Shown here piece after piece: positions 9,592 through 17,708 of a stretch of 48,572 bases of DNA. The notes under the pieces are model-generated. The model was given only the letters and a program-made list of their open reading frames with translations. It made no database searches and was not told the origin of the DNA. The DNA lies in assembly GCA_964635935.1 (NCBI GenBank), contig CAZWNN010000001.1, forward strand, positions 1-48,572. The letters are read 5' to 3'. This DNA is from Candidatus Woesearchaeota archaeon. Lineage in GTDB: Archaea; Nanobdellota; Nanobdellia; Pacearchaeales; GW2011-AR1. Both the position numbers and the translations under genes were made by a program. Numbering within the stretch: position 1 is the stretch's first letter; each line of letters starts with the position of its first letter.

Positions 9592-10275
9592 TCAACCCCT
9601 ACCCAAACTCTTAATCACATCAATCTCCCCAGTAGAAATCGCAGTCCCCTTAAACTTCAACCCATACAACAAAGCACCCAAAAGCTCCTTACTCTTTTTC
9701 AGATTAATCAACCCTTTTTTATAAGCAATATAAACCAACTCAGCAGAACGAATAAATTTAAAACCTTCAAGCTCTCGAGTATTTATTTCATTAACTTTTA
9801 TCTTCGTATGCAAACGACTAGACATAATCTTTCTTAAATTATCAGGCGCTTCACTAATCATCCGAGTTGTTCTCTCATCAATAACAATCAAACTCTCACA
9901 ATTGCAAAGCCGCGCAAAAGCAAGACAAGATGCTTCAGCCTCCTGAATCAATTTAATCTTCTCTCCCTCAGCCTTAAAAAGAGTATTAGCAATCTTAGAA
10001 ATTCTCTTTGTCTCTTTATCAATAACACTCCCAGAAACAAATTCAGAAGCAATCCTAAGAACCTTCTTATCAACCAAATCCTTAACACAAAGCGCCTCAA
10101 GTTCATACTTCTTAATCCCAAGCGGCCTATCAACAACCTCTCTCTTCACCTGAGGAGTAATCACAAACTCCCCGTCAAAATCTTTTTTCAATTTCTCAAT
10201 AACATAAAGCAGCCCGTTCATACTCAAAGATATAATCGGCCCTGCGTCAAAAATCAAAAACTTTTTCCCTTTCAT
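9592..10275 (-). CDS. PIN-like domain protein (predicted nucleic-acid binding or nuclease)
   Basis: N-terminal FLIFDAGPIISL is a PIN-like acidic motif. Overlaps the upstream HTH gene by 4 nt. Confidence 0.35.
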   Translation of the reverse strand: MKGKKFLIFDAGPIISLSMNGLLYVIEKLKKDFDGEFVITPQVKREVVDRPLGIKKYELEALCVKDLVDKKVLRIASEFVSGSVIDKETKRISKIANTLFKAEGEKIKLIQEAEASCLAFARLCNCESLIVIDERTTRMISEAPDNLRKIMSSRLHTKIKVNEINTRELEGFKFIRSAELVYIAYKKGLINLKKSKELLGALLYGLKFKGTAISTGEIDVIKSLGRG

Positions 10276-10832
10276 CTAAAAAACCCCTCAGCCATTTTAA
10301 TTCTCTTCCTCTCAGGAAGAGAAACATTTAATTTCTCCTCATGAACACGCGACTGCCCAATATAAGATGCCATATCCCAAAGCGAAACCCCAAGCAACTC
10401 CGCAACCTGCCGCGAAGACAAACCATGTTCATAAATTTTAAACGCCTTGTTAATCTGCGCTTTTTCAAAAACCTGCTTAATATAAATCGCAAGATTCTCG
10501 TCAATCTTATTCAACGAATGCCGAATATGCCCCATTGCCTCTCGAAATTTTTTCATATCTTTTTTCTCTAATGCAGAAATTGCCCCCTCCCAGTTCTTAA
10601 TTAACAATTCTCTAAACTTTTTCCATCCAGGCATCTTACGATAATGCTCCCTCTCCACAATCTTTCCAACAGAATAAACAAGCACAGCAACAATAATATT
10701 GTCAGAATCCTGTGAAATCGTAGCAGTATGAATTGTCTGGTCTGACAACTTTTTAATTTTATAAGAATCTTGCTCTGTAATTGCAGTTCTTACCTCTCGA
10801 AAAATCCGTAGTATGTTTGACACCTCTTTCAT
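10272..10832 (-). CDS. HTH-domain protein, possible regulatory partner of the PIN-like protein
   Basis: C-terminal GLSSRQVAELLGVSLWDMASYIG is a helix-turn-helix. Translationally coupled to 9592..10275. Confidence 0.4.
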   Translation of the reverse strand: MKEVSNILRIFREVRTAITEQDSYKIKKLSDQTIHTATISQDSDNIIVAVLVYSVGKIVEREHYRKMPGWKKFRELLIKNWEGAISALEKKDMKKFREAMGHIRHSLNKIDENLAIYIKQVFEKAQINKAFKIYEHGLSSRQVAELLGVSLWDMASYIGQSRVHEEKLNVSLPERKRIKMAEGFFR

Positions 10833-10882
10833 AAATAAAAAAAGAAAGGAAGTTATATAAATCTTCCTTCACTATCAATAAT

Positions 10883-11251
10883 ATGAAAATCCTACTAGAC
10901 ACAAACTTCATCCTAACATGCATAAAGGAGAAAATAGACTTCGATACCATCGCCAATGAAATATTAGATAGAAGAATTGACTGGGTCATCCCGCAAGAAG
11001 TAGAAAAGGAAATCATAGCAATATCAAAATCCCAAGGAGCAAAAAAACAACAAGCAAAAGTAGCTCTTGAATTGTTAAAAAACTTCAAACACAAAACAGT
11101 TCGTGTAAAAGATCCAAATGTAGATGTTGGAATTGCAAAATATGTTAATCAGCACAATATCATACTCGCAACCCTTGACAGAAAACTCAAATCAAGAGTA
11201 AAAGGAAAAATCCTGACTATTCGAGGAAAAAAGTCACTAGAGATTATTTAA
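10883..11251 (+). CDS. PIN-domain nuclease (Fcf1/Utp24-like)
   Basis: MKILLDTNFIL... and ...ILATLDRKLK are the conserved PIN acidic motifs. 122 aa. Confidence 0.65.
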   Translation: MKILLDTNFILTCIKEKIDFDTIANEILDRRIDWVIPQEVEKEIIAISKSQGAKKQQAKVALELLKNFKHKTVRVKDPNVDVGIAKYVNQHNIILATLDRKLKSRVKGKILTIRGKKSLEII

Positions 11252-11418
11252 TAGCAAACAATTAAGCAGTCGAACCGCCGAAGGCGAATGATTCAGATAC
11301 TAAACTTTAGCGGGGCAAAAATGTGAGAGTGAGCGAAGCTAACGGATTTTTGCAGGGTGGCGATAATTTTATAAACCTAAAATAATTACAAAAAACACCC
11401 AAAAGGAAAAAGAGTTCT

Positions 11419-11826
11419 GTGATATGTAAAATGTTAGATAACGACCAAATATACAGGTTAGCACAAGCAGCAGTAATAACTATTCCTTCAGCAGTTGCTG
11501 TGGTTGGGAGTGTGTGGGCTGTTGCAAGGCATGCTTATCTTGCCGCAAAATCAAGGAATGAGACTGCTCCAGAAAGAAGCAGAGCAAAAATTGCAGCAAT
11601 GCAAGCCAGAGAGCAAATAGTAAATTCTCAAAATTATCAATCGAGATTAGCCGAAAAAGAAAGAAGATTAAAGATTTTTCTAGACAGGAGGACTCAATTA
11701 AATTCAGACTTATTAAAACTGCCAAAAGAACAAAGACCTTACTATAATATTGGAGATTATCTTGATGAGGTTGTTGGAAGTATCTCTGATTTCGAAGACC
11801 TATTAGGTAAAGAACTCAGATTATAA
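11419..11826 (+). CDS. Hypothetical membrane-anchored coiled-coil protein
   Basis: ORF with a GTG start (alternative ATG at 11431), one hydrophobic segment and then a charged helix. Confidence 0.4.
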   Translation: MICKMLDNDQIYRLAQAAVITIPSAVAVVGSVWAVARHAYLAAKSRNETAPERSRAKIAAMQAREQIVNSQNYQSRLAEKERRLKIFLDRRTQLNSDLLKLPKEQRPYYNIGDYLDEVVGSISDFEDLLGKELRL

Positions 11827-11876
11827 TTTTTTAATAACTTAGTAACCTTTAAAAACCAAAAATATCTTTTAAAAAC

Positions 11877-12491
11877 ATGTTCTATCTAATCGATGTTGAA
11901 GATTACGTAAGAGTAGAGCCAAAGTTGTTCGGACTAGCAACAGCTGACGCAGTCAAACAGCAACTAATCGAGACCTACTCAGACTTCCAAGACAAAGAAC
12001 TAGGAGTAGTTATCGACGTACTAGAAGTCCTAGATGTAGAAGAAGGAATCATAATCCCTGGAGACGGGGCAGCCTACTACCGCTCAAACTTCAAATTAGT
12101 TGTATTCAAACCAGAACTCCAAGAGTTAATCTACGGAACAATAGACGAGATAACCAACTTTGGAGCATTCATTGACATGGGGGTAATGCGCGGAATGATT
12201 CACATATCACAAACTATGGATGATTATGTCACCTTTTCAAAAACAGGCGCACTAACAGGCAAAGATGGCAAAAAATCCCTAAACACCGGAGACCAGTGCC
12301 TAGCAAGAATCGTAGCAATCTCTTACAGGGGCGAAGACCCAAAAATCGGACTAACAATGCGACAACCAGGCTTAGGAAAGATAGAGTGGGTAAAACAAGA
12401 AAAAGACAAGCAAAAAAAAGACGCAGCTAAAATCGCTAGGGCTCAGGAAAAAGAAACTGTTAAGGGAAGTAAGGGGGGTAAGAAGAAATAA
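11877..12491 (+). CDS. rpoE: DNA-directed RNA polymerase subunit E' (Rpo7) with S1 domain
   Basis: The N-terminal MFYLIDVEDYVRVEPKLFG pattern and the GAFIDMG S1 motif. Followed directly by spt4, as in the conserved archaeal operon. Confidence 0.85.
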   Translation: MFYLIDVEDYVRVEPKLFGLATADAVKQQLIETYSDFQDKELGVVIDVLEVLDVEEGIIIPGDGAAYYRSNFKLVVFKPELQELIYGTIDEITNFGAFIDMGVMRGMIHISQTMDDYVTFSKTGALTGKDGKKSLNTGDQCLARIVAISYRGEDPKIGLTMRQPGLGKIEWVKQEKDKQKKDAAKIARAQEKETVKGSKGGKKK

Positions 12492-12682
12492 TGGCAAAAA
12501 AAGAAAAAGCATGTCTAAGTTGCAAAAAAATACACGAAGGAGATAAGTGCCCAAATTGCGGAGAGAGCACCTCCAGCGAAACCTTCAAGGGCCGAGTCTA
12601 CATCTTCAACACAGAAGATTCCCAAGTCGCAAAAAACATGAAGATAAATAAAAAAGGAGAGTTTGCAATTAAGACCAAATGA
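12491..12682 (+). CDS. spt4: Transcription elongation factor Spt4 (RpoE'')
   Basis: 63 aa with a CxxC...CPxCG zinc ribbon. Lies in the conserved rpoE-spt4-S24e-S27ae context. Confidence 0.8.
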   Translation: MAKKEKACLSCKKIHEGDKCPNCGESTSSETFKGRVYIFNTEDSQVAKNMKINKKGEFAIKTK

Positions 12683-13050
12683 ATTTGAAAGTTCTAAAAA
12701 AAAATAAAAACCCTTTTCTAAACAGAGAAGAACTGCAAGTTGAAATTAAGGCAGAATCAACCCCCAGTTTTGAGCAGGTAAAAACCGCTCTTGAAAAAGA
12801 CCCAGAACTAACTATCATCAAAAGAATTGACAGCAACTTTGGAGCAAAAACCTTCCACGCAGATGTTTTAGTCTATGATAATAAAGAAGCTAAAGACAGA
12901 GTAGAGCCAAAATCAAAAAACAAAGAAGAAGCTCCAGCTCAACCTCCTACCGCACCAGCAACACCTACTCAACCAAAACAAGAAACACCTCCACAAGAAA
13001 CTAAAGAAGAAATAAAACAAGAAATAAAACAAGAGGAAAAGAAAAAATGA
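12679..13050 (+). CDS. rps24e: Ribosomal protein S24e (eS24) with a low-complexity C-terminal tail
   Basis: NPFLNREELQVEIKAESTPS and the following region match the S24e pattern. The C-terminus is a P/T/Q/E/K repeat. Confidence 0.8.
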   Translation: MNLKVLKKNKNPFLNREELQVEIKAESTPSFEQVKTALEKDPELTIIKRIDSNFGAKTFHADVLVYDNKEAKDRVEPKSKNKEEAPAQPPTAPATPTQPKQETPPQETKEEIKQEIKQEEKKK

Positions 13051-13436
13051 CTGCACCCCAAGAACAATCAAGAACAGATTTAGCAGAATCCTGGAAGGAA
13101 GGTGAATCAAGAAGATTACAATTAAATGAGGGAGATTATGATTTCATTCCAATTTGGGATGATGAGGAACATGGTTCAATTCAGGGAGCAGTTTATAGTG
13201 GAGAAGAAGATTTTATTGGTATGATGCATATAATCAGAACTGATGGTTCTGCTCCTGCATATAAATTCTCAGTAGCATGGACTCCAACTAGTAAAGAAAG
13301 CTGGGTTTCTCCAAATAGAGAATTTTTCATAGATTTAGAATCTATGAAAGAATTAGTAGAGCTAACATTAATAAGTAAATTTAAAGGACTTGACGGATTT
13401 GTCCAAGCACAATTAAAACAAGAAGATGCCAGCTAA
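13047..13436 (+). CDS. Hypothetical protein inserted between S24e and S27ae
   Basis: 129-aa ORF overlapping both neighbours (ATGA at 13047). Codon usage unlike the flanking ribosomal protein genes. Confidence 0.45.
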   Translation: MTAPQEQSRTDLAESWKEGESRRLQLNEGDYDFIPIWDDEEHGSIQGAVYSGEEDFIGMMHIIRTDGSAPAYKFSVAWTPTSKESWVSPNREFFIDLESMKELVELTLISKFKGLDGFVQAQLKQEDAS

Positions 13437-13650
13437 ATCAAAAATCAAAGGGAAAAAACCTCACAAGAATAAACCAACTAGCAAGAAGTACACAAAATAC
13501 AAAATCGAAGGCGACAAAGTCACAAGAGAGCGCTCCTGCCCAAGATGCGGCCCAGGTGTTTTTCTAATGAAAGCTCCTAACAGAGTTTATTGTGGTAAGT
13601 GTCATTTTACTGAATTCATAAGTTCAAAACAATCTGAAGATAAAAAATAA
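13426..13650 (+). CDS. rps27ae: Ribosomal protein S27ae (eS31)
   Basis: CPRCGPGVFLMKAPNRVYCGKCHF is the zinc ribbon typical of S27ae. Confidence 0.85.
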   Translation: MPAKSKIKGKKPHKNKPTSKKYTKYKIEGDKVTRERSCPRCGPGVFLMKAPNRVYCGKCHFTEFISSKQSEDKK

Positions 13651-13838
13651 TTCTTAAGTTTATGAATTTACAGAGTTTATAAAATCTGAGGAAAAGAAAA
13701 AATAATATTCCTAATTACACAATATCTTAAAGCTATTGCGAAAATTTGCACAATAATTTTTAAAAATAGTGCAAATTTTTGTTTGTGCTGAAGAGCATCA
13801 CTCCTAACCTATCAAAAATCTTTCAGTTATTACTAAAT
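13651..13838 (+). repeat. Intergenic hairpin repeat, copy D (core 13733..13804)
   Basis: CTATTGCGAAAATTTGCAC-loop-GTGCAAATTTTTGTTTGTGCTGAAGAGCATCAC. Right end CTTTCAGTTATTACTAAA. Confidence 0.8.
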
Positions 13839-13919
13839 TTATTATTCAAAAAAAGCATAACCACCCAATAGACAACCCTCAACCCAAACCTTTATAAAAG
13901 AAAATCCTATCACCTATTT

Positions 13920-14114
13920 ATGGAAGAAACAGAAGAGGAAACTCCAGAAGCTCCAGAAGCTGAAGAAGCTGAAGAGCCAGTAGAAGAAGCTGAAGAACCT
14001 GCAGCAGAAGCGCCTGCAGAGGAATCAGAAGAAGCTGAAGAAACTTCAGATGAAGAAGCTCCTGCAGAAGAACCTGCAGCAGAAGAGACTTCCGAAGATG
14101 AAGACGAAGATTAA
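13920..14114 (+). CDS. Highly acidic low-complexity protein (E/A/P-rich)
   Basis: 64-aa ORF with a CCTTTATAAAAG box about 30 nt upstream, followed by hairpins and a T-tract. Flanked by inverted copies D and F of the repeat. Confidence 0.45.
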   Translation: MEETEEETPEAPEAEEAEEPVEEAEEPAAEAPAEESEEAEETSDEEAPAEEPAAEETSEDEDED

Positions 14115-14159
14115 GCAGCTTATTCTATCTACTATTAATTTTTTTATTTTGAATAGCTG

Positions 14160-14188
14160 CCCCCAATCAAGGGGGGCTTTCTTGTTTT
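14160..14188 (+). terminator. GC hairpin plus T-rich tract
   Basis: CCCCC-AATCAA-GGGGG(G), followed by CTTTCTTGTTTT, downstream of the acidic protein ORF. Confidence 0.45.
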
Positions 14189-14210
14189 ATGATTATTAGT
14201 GTAGAAATAA

Positions 14211-14373
14211 TCCTTTAGAAATTACCCAATATAAATCTATAATCAAGAATAAAGACTCTCTGCAAAACTAACAGAAATTTATCCATTTTATATATTATTG
14301 GATAAATCTCCGCAATAGCCTAAAGTTAATTAACAACTAATAAATCTTCATATTCTTCAATCATTACTAAAAA
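14211..14373 (-). repeat. Intergenic hairpin repeat, copy F (core 14253..14319, inverted)
   Basis: The reverse complement reads CTATTGCGGAGATTTATCC-loop-GGATAAATTTCTGTTAGTTTTGCAGAGAG. Confidence 0.75.
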
Positions 14374-14525
14374 TTCAAATCAAAAGATTTAAAACCCCTC
14401 ATTCTTACAAATTAATATGATAAATATCCGGGGTTATCCCCATCACCAGAACTAAGAAAGACTTTTCTAGTGATAACTATTTTTCTAAAAACCTTTTTAT
14501 ATCCTGCTTAACTCAACTAAATAAC

Positions 14526-14654
14526 GGTGATTGTAGTTTAGTGGCAGAACATACGGTTGTGGCGAGCAAGGTCGCTTGTCGACCTTTTGTCCTTTGCTTT
14601 GACAAGGGACGTTGCGAGATCCGTAAAGCCCGAGTTCGATTCTCGGCTTTCACC
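14526..14654 (+). tRNA. tRNA-His(GUG) with encoded G-1 and a 57-nt intron
   Basis: G-1 plus acceptor GUGAUUG/CUUUCAC and C73. D arm GUUU-AGUGGCA-GAAC. Anticodon stem UACGG/CCGUA with loop UUGUGG, then an intron after position 37. T arm CCGAG-UUCGAUU-CUCGG. Confidence 0.75.
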
Positions 14655-14665
14655 TTTAAAGAAAG

Positions 14666-15817
14666 ATGGAAACAGTAAAAGGCTTCTCCGACTACACAGG
14701 AGAGCAAGCAGCAAAACGAGCAGCAGTTAGAAAAATCATAGAGGAAACTTTCCAGCTTTATGGGTTTGAACCAGCTGAGACTCCAATAATTGAACAAGAA
14801 AGTTTTGTCAAAGGAGACAACACACAAGATGAAGCAGTAAGCGACATCTTCAAACTCCAAGACAAAGGTAAGAGAAAACTAGCCCTAAGATATGAATTCA
14901 CCTTCCAACTCAAGAGAATCGCAAAAAACAAAAAACTTCCCTACAAGCGCTACCAAATCGGCCCAGTCTTCAGAGACGAACCAGTAAGCTCAACAAGATT
15001 CCGACAATTCACTCAGTGTGATGTTGATATAATTGGCTCGTCAATAAAAGACGAGGCAGAAGTTCTCGCAACAATACAAACAATTGCAGATAAATTAGAA
15101 ATTAAATTAAATATCTGTATAAATAATCGAAAGCTCCTAAACGAAATCTTAGAAAAAGAAGGAGTTAAGAAAAAGCAGGAAGTAATAAGAGAAATAGATA
15201 AATTAGACAAGTTGCCAGAAGCAGAAATAAAGAAAAATTTGAAACAATACAAAGCAGAAAAATTAGTTCAAATTTTTAAAAAGCCTGAAACGTATTTTGA
15301 AAAATACGAATCTTACAAAGAAATCAAATTACTAAAAAAGTTATGTAAAGATTACAATCTTCAAGTCAAATTCCAACCATCCCTTGCAAGAGGTTTAAGT
15401 TATTATAACGGAACTGTTTTTGAGGCAAAAACAAAAGATAAAAAAGAAAGTGTAGTTGGTGGAGGAGCTTTTATGATTAATGGAATCCAGGCAATTGGAT
15501 ATGGCTCTGGTTTAGAAAGATGGTGCAGTTTCGCAGAAACCACCCCAACCCAAATAAATTACATAATAATCTCAATCAACCAAGACAAAACAGCAATCAA
15601 ACTAGCACAAAAACTCCGAGCAGCAGGCAACTCAGCAATAATTTTCTATGGCAAACCTTCCAAAGCCCTCCAATATGCAAACTCCAAAAACATTCAATCA
15701 GCAATCTTCATAGGGGATAAAGAAGTTAAGTCTAAAACATTTAAGGTTAGAAATTTAGAAACTGGGAAGGAGAAATTAATAAGTGAGAAAGAATTATTAA
15801 ACCCCCGAGGCTCTTGA
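14666..15817 (+). CDS. hisS: Histidyl-tRNA synthetase
   Basis: Class II motifs: GFEPAETPIIE, LRYEFTFQL, YQIGPVFRDEP and RQFTQCDVDIIG. C-terminal anticodon-binding domain present. Confidence 0.85.
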   Translation: METVKGFSDYTGEQAAKRAAVRKIIEETFQLYGFEPAETPIIEQESFVKGDNTQDEAVSDIFKLQDKGKRKLALRYEFTFQLKRIAKNKKLPYKRYQIGPVFRDEPVSSTRFRQFTQCDVDIIGSSIKDEAEVLATIQTIADKLEIKLNICINNRKLLNEILEKEGVKKKQEVIREIDKLDKLPEAEIKKNLKQYKAEKLVQIFKKPETYFEKYESYKEIKLLKKLCKDYNLQVKFQPSLARGLSYYNGTVFEAKTKDKKESVVGGGAFMINGIQAIGYGSGLERWCSFAETTPTQINYIIISINQDKTAIKLAQKLRAAGNSAIIFYGKPSKALQYANSKNIQSAIFIGDKEVKSKTFKVRNLETGKEKLISEKELLNPRGS

Positions 15818-16198
15818 TACTATATCACTCATAAAAAACCTTTTATCTGAACCTAACATTGCATCGAGGGTAAAGTCTCTTCCAACTACAACTCCCCCTG
15901 GTTCCATCAATGCACTTCTCCTTAGATTTTTATCAAATAAACCATCTAAGAAAGGGTGGGTGGGGTCATCATAAAACTCTAAGAGATCATTAGCCCCTCC
16001 AAGTTCTGCTAATTCTCTAGGAGGAATATAAACCATTTCATCCACCTCCCCTTGCCACCAACCCCCGTTAGTAGCTTCCATGCCCTCATCTAATATTGCC
16101 CCCGTAGTATTCTCAGGATGAATAACAATTCTCCCACCTCTACTCTTAGGATTTCCATGAACCTCGTAGCAAATTCTGTAAGTCATAGTTTCCCTCAA
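15797..16198 (-). CDS. Hypothetical protein
   Basis: 133-aa ORF. Convergent with hisS, with a 21-nt overlap at their 3' ends. Confidence 0.4.
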   Translation of the reverse strand: MRETMTYRICYEVHGNPKSRGGRIVIHPENTTGAILDEGMEATNGGWWQGEVDEMVYIPPRELAELGGANDLLEFYDDPTHPFLDGLFDKNLRRSALMEPGGVVVGRDFTLDAMLGSDKRFFMSDIVSRASGV

Positions 16199-16217
16199 GA
16201 AATACAGCTTATAAATA

Positions 16218-17015
16218 CTATTGTTCTAAACCCTCTTCCTCAAAATCCAAATCAGAATGTAGCTTATCTAAAGCAAGATGAATCTCATCAAAATGTTTAT
16301 CCTGATAAAGATAAAGCTTATCACTATTAGCCAAATGTAAAACAGGAACAAAACAATCAAGCTTCTCCCCCCTGCTCGGCGCAAGTGCAGAATACTTCAT
16401 CCGAATCCGCTCCTTAGGTTTCAAATGCTCAGTCACTTTTTTAAATATCATACTAATCCGAGAACGCAAAGGAATCCGATTCTTTTTAGGCAAAACAACA
16501 AGTGCAGACTTCTCAGCCCTCTTCTGCTTAATTTCCCGCCTAATCCTCCGATTCTCAGTCTCAATCGCCTTATTCAACGAAGCCATTAGCTCATTCAGTG
16601 TAACCCTCTTAAAACGCGGCATCGGCGTCCGAGGCACAAGCAGAGGCAATTCATCCTCATCAATCTCAATTCTATCCAACTCCCTCTTCTCCTCAACACC
16701 CTTTCCAAATAAAACCTCATTTAAATCAGAAATATAACTATTAACAAGAATCTCAGCCTTCAACCGCAAAAGAAGTGAACAAGCAAGCAAAACCTTAGAA
16801 CTAACAAAAAAATTAGCCTCTTCAATTTCTTCAATAACTGCTAAATACTTATCAGCTAAAATAGTAATATCAATATCCCACGGATCCAACTGCTCAGTCC
16901 GCACCAAGTCATAGATAATTCCCTGCCAACTAACATCCTCTCCAGTAATCAAATCATAAAACTGATTCTGCCCAATACTGTCTTTGAAAATTTTAGAGTC
17001 ATCCTCTTCTTCCAT
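16218..17015 (-). CDS. scpA: Segregation and condensation protein A (kleisin)
   Basis: LDPWDIDITILADKYLAVIEE...FFVSSKVLLACSLLLRLKAE matches the ScpA N-terminal signature. Confidence 0.75.
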   Translation of the reverse strand: MEEEDDSKIFKDSIGQNQFYDLITGEDVSWQGIIYDLVRTEQLDPWDIDITILADKYLAVIEEIEEANFFVSSKVLLACSLLLRLKAEILVNSYISDLNEVLFGKGVEEKRELDRIEIDEDELPLLVPRTPMPRFKRVTLNELMASLNKAIETENRRIRREIKQKRAEKSALVVLPKKNRIPLRSRISMIFKKVTEHLKPKERIRMKYSALAPSRGEKLDCFVPVLHLANSDKLYLYQDKHFDEIHLALDKLHSDLDFEEEGLEQ

Positions 17016-17401
17016 GAGGATTTTTGGAAGAGGAAGTTAATAAACATTATGAATAAAAAAGAAGTGAATAAGGCACATAAATAATTCGCAATTAATTTGC
17101 GGTGTTTTCTTTTTTGCCTCACTTCTTTCTTTTTACCAGAGATTATGAAACCCTGGAAGAGGCTCATAAGGCGATAAAAATTAGTATGCCCTATTTGCCT
17201 CTTCTGGGGAAAAAGAGGTGATAATATATAGAGCACTCTTTTATTTATAAACCTTTCGGTTTTGTTGTAACTTATCAGTTACACTTCAAAGTTACAGCAT
17301 CCTGCTATTACTTGTGAGTATAATGCGAAGGTTTTAACCTTCGTCCGAGCGTTTAGGTCTGAACAATTATTTTTATCCTCAGACCTGGGCGCGAGTTATT
17401 G

Positions 17402-17477
17402 TAGTTTTCTTTTGAAAGCCCAATTTTCTTTTTCTGCCCTAATAGGGTACACCTTTGGTGCAAAAGAAAAGAGGCTA
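17402..17477. repeat. 76-nt dispersed repeat, copy 2 (abuts the 3' end of tRNA-Glu)
   Basis: Same sequence as 1820..1895 with 5 substitutions. Contains the imperfect stem TTTTCTTTT / AAAAGAAAA. Confidence 0.8.
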
Positions 17478-17608
17478 TGCTCCGTTCGGGATTCGAACCC
17501 GAGTCACTGCCTTTCTTCGTAAAGTTCTTTGAACTTCTAGAAACTTTCTTTCAAGAAAGTTTGTATCCCGTGAAAGGGCAGTATGCTTGGCCTCTACACT
17601 AACGGAGC
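17478..17608 (-). tRNA. tRNA-Glu(UUC) with a 58-nt intron
   Basis: Reverse complement reads GCUCCGU-UA-GUGUAGAGGCCAAGCAU. Anticodon stem CUGCC/GGCAG with loop CUUUCA, then an intron after position 37. T arm UCGGG-UUCGAAU-CCCGA. Confidence 0.8.
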
Positions 17609-17708
17609 CTACAATCCGAAACCTAAAATTCCTTTTAAACTTTTTCATCACTGTCAGTTCCTAAAAATGAAACAAAAAACCTATAAACCCCCTTTTCCCC
17701 CAAAATGC

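Noticed and set aside
14513-14860. 115-aa minus-strand ORF
   Set aside because: It overlaps both the tRNA-His gene and the 5' end of hisS on the opposite strand.
17130-17236. Possible gene remnant reading ..DYETLEEAHKAIKISMPYLPLLGKKR* on the + strand upstream of scpA
   Set aside because: There is no start codon or extended frame, so it cannot be distinguished from chance without a database search.
17583-17708. N-terminal extension of the methyltransferase ORF
   Set aside because: The first 26 nt overlap tRNA-Glu, and the extension has no counterpart in the family. An internal ATG (17709 or 17667) is preferred.
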